The position numbers and the translations under genes were made by a program. A model generated the notes under the pieces. That model worked only from the letters and a program-made list of their open reading frames with translations. It did not search any database and was not told the origin of the DNA. Shown one piece after another: positions 20,377-27,800 of a DNA stretch of 30,820 bases (positions are counted from its first letter, which is position 1; each line of letters starts with the position of its first letter). This stretch comes from a virus (Duplodnaviria > Caudoviricetes): the IMG/VR virus record IMGVR_UViG_3300032073_000145, positions 1 through 30,820 of that record. One strand, 5' to 3'.

Positions 20377-21158
20377 TAGTTATAGTTAAAAATATTCTTG
20401 GTATTCTGACAGACCCAAAGAACACTAGGATGTTTTTACTGGGTGGTATCGCGGTGCTATTCTTTTTATTAATGAGACAGTGTAATGAAACCGAAAATGC
20501 AAAAGGAGAAGTTACACGAATTCAAAATAATCTGATAGCTGCTAATGATACTATTAAAAACTATGTTAATGAAAAGGGTGAATCAGTTGGAGAGATAAGA
20601 GGTTTAACATTAACTCTTGATGAACTTAAAGATAGCTTAGAGGTAGAAAGAATGAAACCTCCAATAACTATTGTAAAATATAAAACTATTATTAAAGAAA
20701 AGATAGTTGAAGTTCCTGTTACCTCAACAGATACTTTAATTAAACAAGGCAATAAAGAATTTAATTCTGTTCTTTCTTTTAATTCTGACAGTTCATGGGA
20801 AAGGAGTTCAAGAAGTTTAGGTGTTTCTGTTCCTTATGTAATTACAGATAGTTTAACTTTTGGAAATGCGTCGATAGATCTTTCTCAAAATATATGGTTA
20901 AATGCTACACTATCACAAGACCAAAAAACTAAAGAAGTTTTTATTCAATTAACTTCTGATTATCCAGGTACTACATTTAACAGTGCGCAAGGAATAATGA
21001 TTGATACTAAAAGTTCTGCATTTAAAAGCTTACAGATGCAAAATAGAAAATCATTTGGTTTAGGTTTAAATTTAGGTATGGGCGTTAATGGGAGTGGTGA
21101 TGTAGGCCCTTATATTGGAATTGGAGTTTCATGGAATCCAAAGCTTTTGCAATGGTAA
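20373..21158 (+). CDS. Membrane-anchored spanin-like (Rz-like) protein with C-terminal beta-hairpin
   Basis: Hydrophobic helix MFLLGGIAVLFFLLM followed by RQC, then coiled coil; ends SFGLGLNLGMGV...PYIGIGVSWNPKLLQW. The ORF is solid; the function is inferred. Confidence 0.5.
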   Translation: MIVIVKNILGILTDPKNTRMFLLGGIAVLFFLLMRQCNETENAKGEVTRIQNNLIAANDTIKNYVNEKGESVGEIRGLTLTLDELKDSLEVERMKPPITIVKYKTIIKEKIVEVPVTSTDTLIKQGNKEFNSVLSFNSDSSWERSSRSLGVSVPYVITDSLTFGNASIDLSQNIWLNATLSQDQKTKEVFIQLTSDYPGTTFNSAQGIMIDTKSSAFKSLQMQNRKSFGLGLNLGMGVNGSGDVGPYIGIGVSWNPKLLQW

Positions 21159-21165
21159 ATAAATA
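21158..21165 (+). promoter_or_regulatory. T4-type late promoter candidate AATAAATA
   Basis: At the gene junction, 7 nt before ATG 21173. Confidence 0.45.
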
Positions 21166-21172
21166 GAATAGA

Positions 21173-22555
21173 ATGGAATCATCAAGGTTTATACAAATAT
21201 CAAATCAGATCTTAATAGAATATATCTATACAGATCAGGCTGCACCTACAACATTTAATACGGCAACATACCCTATTGAATTAATGAGGGATGGGCATAC
21301 ACAAGGAACTTACTTTTTTAATACTGATTCTGTTTCTGCCACGATGGGTAATTATAGAGATATATCAGCAGCTGCTGTTAATGAAACCAAAACTCAATAT
21401 GTTTCTCTAGATACTAGTATAGGAGTTCCTTATAATGATTTTGATCCTCTTCTTACAGATTCATCTCAGTTATTACAAACTTTTAGTCCACAGTTAAATG
21501 TAGCTTATGATAAAATGAAAATTCATTTTATTTCAGGGTTTAGTTTTGAAGGTTTTGATGGAATAGTCTTTGAAGCATTGGCTCCTCGTAGAGATAGTGT
21601 TATGATGAATCTTGCTTCAATAAATTTCTTAAAAACAGATACACCAGTATTTAATCCTGATCCTTTATTATTAGGAGATAAGTTATATGCTACTTATATT
21701 GAATGGAGAGTACCTTCATTATACTTTATGAATAATGAATTTACTACAGCAGATCCTAATGGTGTTGCTTATAGGATTACTGAAGGCCAAGGGTTTTTAA
21801 GCACTCCTCCTATTACACTAAAAGCTACAGGTATTTATGAAACTATTGTTGATAATGCATATAGTTTTTATAATATGCAAGAAATTAATTCTGTTTCTGT
21901 TTTAGCAAGAGATATTTACAGTAATTTATATGCATCTGTTAAAGCTGCCGACGATGGCGATTATTTTACTTTGCACGGAGAAGTAACTGGTTCTTCATTA
22001 AGTAATTTTATTGCTCAGCTAAATTCATCTGGTGGAAATTATGTAGTATTTTATGAAATAGCTGTAGTTGAACAAGTAGGTACAGTATTCTCTACAACAT
22101 CAACACAAGTATTTACACAGCAAAGTAATTTTGATGAACCTATATTATATAGACCTATTATACAAAATGCTAATACTGCTGTTTCTTTTAAAATAAATTT
22201 ATCTATGAGACTATTTAATAAAGCTGATAGTACACAGATAATTAAAAATGCTAGTCTTACTTCCTTTGATACCCAAAGATATGGTAAACAAATGTTAACT
22301 TTAAATTTAGGAGTTGTGCCAACTGTCGCTAATGTTTACAACCAAATTAATAATGATACCGGAAAACAAATAGTTGTAGGTGGTAGTGGAACGGCTGAAA
22401 GAATTGAAGTAGATGGAGGAACAACAACTGTAACTGAAACAACCATACAGACTGCCTATGTAACTTCATTTAGAGATAGAATAAAAGTTAAAGCATCTAT
22501 TTCACCTGTTAAAGTACAAACAGTAACAGATGAAACGAATGATGACACAGAATAA
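21173..22555 (+). CDS. Hypothetical structural protein, 460 aa
   Basis: Beta-rich ORF preceded by AATAAATA; tail-module context. Confidence 0.5.
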   Translation: MESSRFIQISNQILIEYIYTDQAAPTTFNTATYPIELMRDGHTQGTYFFNTDSVSATMGNYRDISAAAVNETKTQYVSLDTSIGVPYNDFDPLLTDSSQLLQTFSPQLNVAYDKMKIHFISGFSFEGFDGIVFEALAPRRDSVMMNLASINFLKTDTPVFNPDPLLLGDKLYATYIEWRVPSLYFMNNEFTTADPNGVAYRITEGQGFLSTPPITLKATGIYETIVDNAYSFYNMQEINSVSVLARDIYSNLYASVKAADDGDYFTLHGEVTGSSLSNFIAQLNSSGGNYVVFYEIAVVEQVGTVFSTTSTQVFTQQSNFDEPILYRPIIQNANTAVSFKINLSMRLFNKADSTQIIKNASLTSFDTQRYGKQMLTLNLGVVPTVANVYNQINNDTGKQIVVGGSGTAERIEVDGGTTTVTETTIQTAYVTSFRDRIKVKASISPVKVQTVTDETNDDTE

Positions 22556-22569
22556 AATAAAATAATTAA

Positions 22570-23439
22570 ATGTCAATAGATACTAACATAACACTTACTG
22601 CACCACAAAAGGAATATTACCAAAGGTTTGTTAACTTAGGTGTTAATGATCTTCCTATGCCGCAAGGAGATGGTGTCATAAGAATATCTCCATTTGATGA
22701 TTATTATCTCTTTACTCTATTTAATGAAGTTGACGGTGAAGATACACCAATTGATCTAAGTAATGTAGGTGATATCTTTTTAAATTTTATTGGAACTAAT
22801 GATGAGATTGATATTAAAAATCATACACAAGTTGAAGATATTGATATAGCACAAGGTGAAGTATTATTTCGTATAACTAGAGATGACAGTAGAAAAATCT
22901 TAGCATTAGATAATAATAATTTTTATATTTCTACAAAGATGATTGCCGAAGACGGAAATGTATCCGATGAATCAGTTGTTTACCAAGGTATTTGGTTAGC
23001 TGTTGATGAAGCAAGTAGAACTTCTTTAACTTCTCAAATAGAAGACCAAAGAATAGAATATAGTATTGAATTAGCTAAATTAAAAGAAGAGAATGAATTA
23101 CTTAAAAAAGAAAATGCTGAATTAATAGAATCAGCTGGTAAAGATACAATTACTATACAAACATTAGAAGCAACTATTGTTGAATTAGAGAATGAGGTAC
23201 AGGAGTTAACAAATGCAAATAAAAATGCAGCCAATGACTTAGCAAGAGCGAGAGCAAAGAATGCCCAAGCATTAGCACAAAAAAGATTATTAGAAAAACA
23301 ACAAGTAGATGCTTTAAAAAAATCTAGGCAAGTAGCTCAGACCGGGTCTAGGTCTAAATGGTTCTTTAGAAATGCTGCTAATAATTTAGAAGGTTATGGA
23401 GGAGGAAAATTTGGTAGAGGTGGAAGATCACAATTATAA
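22570..23439 (+). CDS. Protein with BppU-like N-terminal beta domain, long coiled coil and basic RGG tail
   Basis: PIDLSNVGDIFLNF...GEVLFRITRDDS resembles the BppU N-domain pattern; coiled coil ELAKLKEENELLKKENAEL; ends GYGGGKFGRGGRSQL. Confidence 0.5.
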   Translation: MSIDTNITLTAPQKEYYQRFVNLGVNDLPMPQGDGVIRISPFDDYYLFTLFNEVDGEDTPIDLSNVGDIFLNFIGTNDEIDIKNHTQVEDIDIAQGEVLFRITRDDSRKILALDNNNFYISTKMIAEDGNVSDESVVYQGIWLAVDEASRTSLTSQIEDQRIEYSIELAKLKEENELLKKENAELIESAGKDTITIQTLEATIVELENEVQELTNANKNAANDLARARAKNAQALAQKRLLEKQQVDALKKSRQVAQTGSRSKWFFRNAANNLEGYGGGKFGRGGRSQL

Positions 23440-23451
23440 ATTAATTAGAAT

Positions 23452-24006
23452 ATGTTATTAAGCGCAAGAAATAATCAATTTAAATTTAATTTTCCTAGAA
23501 ATTTTGTACCTGAAGAAGTAGCAAAAAGATATAAACCATTTCTTAATCGTATTCCAGGTGGATTAATCAAAGAACCTATTGACTTTTGGAATTATGGAAT
23601 ACAATCTATAAATTTACCAGGGCCTGCATTTGATCCTGTACAACAAAATGATTTTCCAGGTAATACAAGAAACTTTAGAGCAAGCCTTCCTAAACAAGAA
23701 TTGTTTGATAAAAAATTAACTGTTACAATGCAAGCATTTGATGGTTATGTAAATTATTGGATGGCAATTGAAATGTTTGATTATTATTATAAACAAAGTG
23801 GAAGAAATCCTTTTTTACCTGAAGGTGTAGGTATCCAAATGTTAGATTCAGAAGGAACTATTTTTGTTACTATTCAATTAAAAGATATGATTATGAATAG
23901 TGTAGGTGCTTTAGATTTAAACTTTTCAAGTAATACTATTGAATTTGAAACTTTTGATATCGAGTTTACTTATAACATTTTAGATATAGCAGTTAATGTA
24001 ACTTAA
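23452..24006 (+). CDS. gp3: Tail tube-fold protein, T4 gp3-like tail completion/sheath stabiliser
   Basis: IQSINLPG...FPG...LTVTM...NYW...SVGALDLNFSSNTIEFETFDIEFTY follows the gp3/gp19/gp54 tube-fold pattern; 184 aa fits gp3. Confidence 0.65.
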   Translation: MLLSARNNQFKFNFPRNFVPEEVAKRYKPFLNRIPGGLIKEPIDFWNYGIQSINLPGPAFDPVQQNDFPGNTRNFRASLPKQELFDKKLTVTMQAFDGYVNYWMAIEMFDYYYKQSGRNPFLPEGVGIQMLDSEGTIFVTIQLKDMIMNSVGALDLNFSSNTIEFETFDIEFTYNILDIAVNVT

Positions 24007-24012
24007 TATATA
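24005..24012 (+). promoter_or_regulatory. Late promoter candidate AATATATA
   Basis: Intergenic, 19 nt before the CTS-bearing ORF. Confidence 0.5.
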
Positions 24013-24031
24013 AACAAATAAAACAATTAAA

Positions 24032-24388
24032 ATGAAAACCTTTAAAGATTATTTAACCGAGAATAAAGATGAAACTTTAGATATAACAAATCTATTGAAT
24101 GAATCCCACGATCTTACTGAAGAACAGGAAGCTGCAATTGATGCAACGGTTGATAGAATAGTAGAGGCACAAAAAGAAGGAAAGAATTTAGAAGATTGTG
24201 TTGAAGAAATAATCAATGAAGGAATTTTAGGAAGTATATTCGGTGGATTAACTGGATTTGCTTTAGGAAAGACAATAGGTAAAGCAGTAGCTAAAGTATT
24301 AGGTGTTACTAAAGGTGCTCTTTATGATTTATTAACCTCACGTCTTGTCGGTGCTGCATTAGGTGCAGTTCTCGGTAAGAGATTATAA
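24032..24388 (+). CDS. Putative internal head protein: capsid-targeting sequence, acidic propeptide and glycine-zipper peptide
   Basis: MKTFKDYLTE resembles the T4 CTS MKTYQEFIAE; several (L/I)xE sites; C-terminal 55 aa have Gly at 67,71,75,79,83,91,95,107,111,115. Confidence 0.6.
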   Translation: MKTFKDYLTENKDETLDITNLLNESHDLTEEQEAAIDATVDRIVEAQKEGKNLEDCVEEIINEGILGSIFGGLTGFALGKTIGKAVAKVLGVTKGALYDLLTSRLVGAALGAVLGKRL

Positions 24389-24394
24389 AACACA

Positions 24395-25054
24395 ATGATT
24401 CATATAGGAATTGATTTTTCTTTAAATAGCCCAGGTGCTTGTATAGAAACCACTGATGGCAAATATCACTTTATAACTTTTTTTAATTATGGAAATCGTA
24501 TATGGGATGAAGAAGGTAGGAAAATACCTAAAGCATTTAGTGTACATAAAGAATTAATGGATGACGAAACTATTTTAGGATTCCCTTATAATAGACAAGT
24601 CACTAGTAAAGAGTTCTTACCAAGAGAAAGGCAAAAGTTAGAAGATGCTGGAAATATCAGTTCTTTAATGGTGGGTATTTTTTCTACTCTATTTGAAGGT
24701 GATACTGTAAACGTAGCATTAGAAGGTTTCTCATATGGATCAAAAGGTAATTCATTTATTGATATAATTCAATACAATACATTTTTAAGAAAAGAATTAA
24801 TAGATAAGTATTCTATTGAAAATCTATCTGTCTTTCAACCATCTCATGTAAAGAAGTTAGCTGGGAAAGGAAATGCTAATAAACATTATATGGCTGAAGC
24901 ATTTCAAAATGATGTCCTTAATGATAAGAACTTAAGGAGCACTAAACTTTGGAAGTGGTGTCAAGGAAAAGACTTCAGCATAAAAATTCCTAAACCAATA
25001 GATGACATCATAGATGCCTACTTCATACTTAAAGCCTTGAAGGCTAACAACTAG
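24395..25054 (+). CDS. ruvC: RuvC-like Holliday junction resolvase
   Basis: RNase H-fold motifs IGIDFSLNSPG, VALEGFSYGS, PSHVKKLAGKGNANK, DDIIDAYFI. Confidence 0.85.
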   Translation: MIHIGIDFSLNSPGACIETTDGKYHFITFFNYGNRIWDEEGRKIPKAFSVHKELMDDETILGFPYNRQVTSKEFLPRERQKLEDAGNISSLMVGIFSTLFEGDTVNVALEGFSYGSKGNSFIDIIQYNTFLRKELIDKYSIENLSVFQPSHVKKLAGKGNANKHYMAEAFQNDVLNDKNLRSTKLWKWCQGKDFSIKIPKPIDDIIDAYFILKALKANN

Positions 25055-25082
25055 ATACATTTCTGACATTAAACAGTTAAAA

Positions 25083-25113
25083 ATTATATTGCAACTTAGT
25101 AATTTTGTTTCAG
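25083..25113 (-). promoter_or_regulatory. Promoter-like element TGAAAC-N18-TATAAT, leftward (antisense to ruvC)
   Basis: Minus strand reads CTGAAACAAAATTACTAAGTTGCAATATAAT; 24/31 identical to the element at 25423-25453. Confidence 0.55.
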
Positions 25114-25138
25114 CTTTTACTAAAAAAATTTAAATAAA

Positions 25139-25426
25139 ATGATAAAACCTATAGGAAAAAGATTATTTATAAAGCAAGATCCTCAACCAGAGAAGAAAGG
25201 TGATATAATTTTATTAGAAAAAAAGGGTATGCTAGCCCCTCCTTATTCAGGAACTGTTATTAGTGTAGGTGATGAAGTAGAAGATAAAGATTTCCAACCA
25301 GGTGTAAAAATACTTTATCATGATCTTGCAGGAACCGAAATAATATATAAAGACGAAACATTTATTAATCTTAGAGAGCATGATATAACTGCAATTATTT
25401 TAGATAAAAATGTACAAATAGTCTGA
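25139..25426 (+). CDS. groES: Co-chaperonin GroES (Cpn10)
   Basis: MIKPIGKRLFIK...GDIIL...GTVISVG...GVKILY...AGTEI...LREHDITAII is the Cpn10 pattern; 95 aa. Confidence 0.9.
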   Translation: MIKPIGKRLFIKQDPQPEKKGDIILLEKKGMLAPPYSGTVISVGDEVEDKDFQPGVKILYHDLAGTEIIYKDETFINLREHDITAIILDKNVQIV

Positions 25427-25453
25427 AACAAACTGACTTAGGAGATATATAAT
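25423..25453 (+). promoter_or_regulatory. Promoter-like element TGAAAC-N18-TATAAT, positioned to drive the ssb-primase-uvsY-uvsW operon
   Basis: CTGAAACAAACTGACTTAGGAGATATATAAT with a perfect TATAAT, at the start of the largest intergenic gap. Confidence 0.6.
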
Positions 25454-25457
25454 AAAC

Positions 25458-25588
25458 AAAGGTACTGAAAAGTTTGGTACTTTTTAAACTGGCGATAACA
25501 AGGCAAAATAAATAGGCAATTAAAATAAGAAGTTTAGGCATAGAGCTTTGTTATCATAAATTAATAATAACAAAAAAAGGCAATTAAC
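25458..25588 (+). promoter_or_regulatory. Structured 5' leader of ssb (two stems plus AGGCA repeats)
   Basis: Stem AAAGGTAC 25458-65 / GTACTTTT 25477-84; stem GATAACAAGGC 25494-504 / GCTTTGTTATC 25545-55; AGGCA at 25501, 25514, 25536, 25578. Confidence 0.55.
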
Positions 25589-26506
25589 ATGGCAAATGAA
25601 TTCGACATTTTTAATGTAAGTGTAAAAGATCTAGACACTGGTGAAAGACCTTCCTCTGCAGGAAGTGATTTATACACACCGAAACCAGATCAAGGACAAG
25701 ACGGAACTTACCGTTCTTTAATTAGGTTTCTACCTAATGCTAAAAATCCAAGAAAACCATTCGAACGTAAATTTGTCTACTGGTTAGAAGACAGAGAAGG
25801 AAACGGCTTTTATGCTGATTCTCCATCAACAGTTGGCGAGAAATGTCCTGTACAGGATATGTTCTTTAAACTAAGAAACTCTGAATCTGCTGTAGATAAA
25901 AAGATGTCTGAAGGTTTAAAGCGTAGAGAAGTATTTTATGCATTGGTACAAATCGTAAAAGATCCACAAAACAAAGATCTTGAAGGTCAAGTTAAAATTA
26001 TGAAATTTGGTTATAAAATCAAAACAAAAATTGATGAAGAACTGAATCCACAATTTGATGAACCTACTCAAGTATTTGATCCGTTTGAAGGAAAGAACTT
26101 TGAATTAGTAATTTCTAAGAAAGGTGGTTTCCCTAATTATGATTCAAGTAAATTTCACGGTACAAAATCTGCAATGGAGATTAACGGTGAAAAAGTAACT
26201 GATAGTGATGAAGGAAGAAAGGCAATTTTAGAATTACTAAAAGATGCACCTGACTTAGCAAACTGGGGTTATAAAGCATGGAATGATGAAACTAGAGGAA
26301 AAGTATTAAATGTACTTTCTCAGTTTACATCACCAGGATCTGCTATTGAAAATATAACATCATCAAAACCTGCACCATCAAAACCAAAAGTTACTGAAGC
26401 TGCTGCTGCAAAGGTTACAGAAACTGCAACTGCAACTGCAACAGAAACTAAAGGTGAAGAAAAGAAGGATGACTTCGATGATTTTATTAATGGGTTAGAT
26501 CTTTAA
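25589..26506 (+). CDS. gp32: Single-stranded DNA-binding protein, T4 gp32-like
   Basis: IRFLP, CPV, VKDPQNKDLEGQVKIMKFGYKI, FDPFEGKNFEL, NYDSSKF and acidic tail DDFDDFINGLDL. Confidence 0.92.
   Translation: MANEFDIFNVSVKDLDTGERPSSAGSDLYTPKPDQGQDGTYRSLIRFLPNAKNPRKPFERKFVYWLEDREGNGFYADSPSTVGEKCPVQDMFFKLRNSESAVDKKMSEGLKRREVFYALVQIVKDPQNKDLEGQVKIMKFGYKIKTKIDEELNPQFDEPTQVFDPFEGKNFELVISKKGGFPNYDSSKFHGTKSAMEINGEKVTDSDEGRKAILELLKDAPDLANWGYKAWNDETRGKVLNVLSQFTSPGSAIENITSSKPAPSKPKVTEAAAAKVTETATATATETKGEEKKDDFDDFINGLDL
26423..26440 (+). repeat. (ACTGCA)3 coding microsatellite in the SSB linker
   Basis: actgca actgca actgca encodes TATATA, flanked by acagaaact-like copies. Confidence 0.8.
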
Positions 26507-26511
26507 TAAGT

Positions 26512-27582
26512 ATGGCAACAGAAGTAATAATATCTTCTGAAATGAAAGCTCGGATTATCGATAAGGTAGTCCGAGTTCTTCATACTAACCATTCTCATCC
26601 AGAAAAAAGAAGAATATTAGAAAGCAAAGGTAGATTAAATTTTGCATGCCCGTATTGTGGTGATTCACATGATACCCCAAGAAAAAAGAGAGGTAACATT
26701 TATTGGAATGATTTATATTTTCATTGTTATAATTGTTCAGCTCATGAAAGTTTAGATACTTTTTTAAAAGATCATAATGAAAATTTTGAAGGTGATGATA
26801 GAATTAATGTTATTAATTACATTAAAGAAAACCGTAAACATTTTTCGTTAGGTGAAAATTTAGATTTTTATCTTTTTGATAAAGCAAAAGAATTAGCATT
26901 ATCATTCGATGAATTAGCATTAGGGTTTAACATTTATCCAATTAACACATTAACTTATCAGGCATATCCTTATCTAAAGAGTAGGTTACTCCACCATAAA
27001 ACTGAAAGGTTTGCTTTTGATCCAAGACGTCGAGAGTTATATGTTTTTAATCTAACACCTGAAGGAAAAATATTAGGATTTCAAACCAGAGACTTGGGTG
27101 GGAGTGGTCCTAAATATAAAACATGGAATATAGAAAGAATTTATGATAGGTTAAAATTACCATTAGAAGTTACAGAAGAAGAATTAGATAACTTAAATAA
27201 AATATCAATGTTATTTGGAATATTAACTGTTGATATGTCTCGAGACTTTTCCATTTTTGAAGGTCCTATTGATGCAATGTTTATGAATAACTCAATAGGT
27301 TTAACTGGGGTTAAAAAACAAATTATTGAATTTAATGAAATACCAACTGCAAGATATTTCTTTGATAATGATATGGAAGGTAAAACCAGAATGATTGAAA
27401 AATTAAAAAGTGGTCAGAATGTTTTTATGTGGGATAAGTTTTTAAAAGACTTTGATATTCCTTCAAGGAAAGTAAAAGATTTAAATGATTTAGTGAAATG
27501 GGAATTTACTAATCGAAGTGGGTGCTTAAATGACCTGGATAAATATTTTACAAATAATTCATTAGATATAATTTTTATATAA
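26512..27582 (+). CDS. gp61: DNA primase, T4 gp61-like
   Basis: Zn ribbon FACPYCGDS...FHCYNC; TOPRIM motifs FEGPIDAMF and FFDND; KDLND. Confidence 0.92.
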   Translation: MATEVIISSEMKARIIDKVVRVLHTNHSHPEKRRILESKGRLNFACPYCGDSHDTPRKKRGNIYWNDLYFHCYNCSAHESLDTFLKDHNENFEGDDRINVINYIKENRKHFSLGENLDFYLFDKAKELALSFDELALGFNIYPINTLTYQAYPYLKSRLLHHKTERFAFDPRRRELYVFNLTPEGKILGFQTRDLGGSGPKYKTWNIERIYDRLKLPLEVTEEELDNLNKISMLFGILTVDMSRDFSIFEGPIDAMFMNNSIGLTGVKKQIIEFNEIPTARYFFDNDMEGKTRMIEKLKSGQNVFMWDKFLKDFDIPSRKVKDLNDLVKWEFTNRSGCLNDLDKYFTNNSLDIIFI

Positions 27583-27800
27583 TGAGTTTGAAAAAATATA
27601 GCAATTTTGTGAATGAAGAAATAGATGACTTCTATAATGACTTAGAAGCAAGTAATAAAAAACTTAAACTTTTTACAAACTTTAATAAATCCAATCTTAA
27701 ACAAGTAAAAACTAATTTTTCTATTCCAGTTCCTAAAAAGAAATTTAAGCCCAAAATAAAGAGTTATAAAAAGAGTAATAATGATAAAGGTATATTTTAA
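27582..27800 (+). CDS. Small Lys-rich protein with CTS-like N-terminus (72 aa)
   Basis: TAATG overlaps with both neighbours; starts MSLKKYSNFVNEE and has a basic C-terminal half. Confidence 0.6.
   Translation: MSLKKYSNFVNEEIDDFYNDLEASNKKLKLFTNFNKSNLKQVKTNFSIPVPKKKFKPKIKSYKKSNNDKGIF

Noticed and set aside
22531-22563. TGAAAC upstream of ORF 22570 as a third copy of the promoter element, and AATAAAATAA as a late promoter
   Set aside because: No TATAAT at 18-nt spacing, and the A run does not match AATAAATA.
25052-25066. Possible TAG recoding (only one gene ends in TAG, and read-through would add just 4 residues before TGA)
   Set aside because: All long ORFs are intact in the standard code with no internal TAG or TGA, so there is no positive evidence; rare TAG is expected at this AT content.
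25494-25590. AGGCA repeats as a mini CRISPR array
   Set aside because: Repeats are only 5-10 bp with irregular spacing and no cas genes are present.
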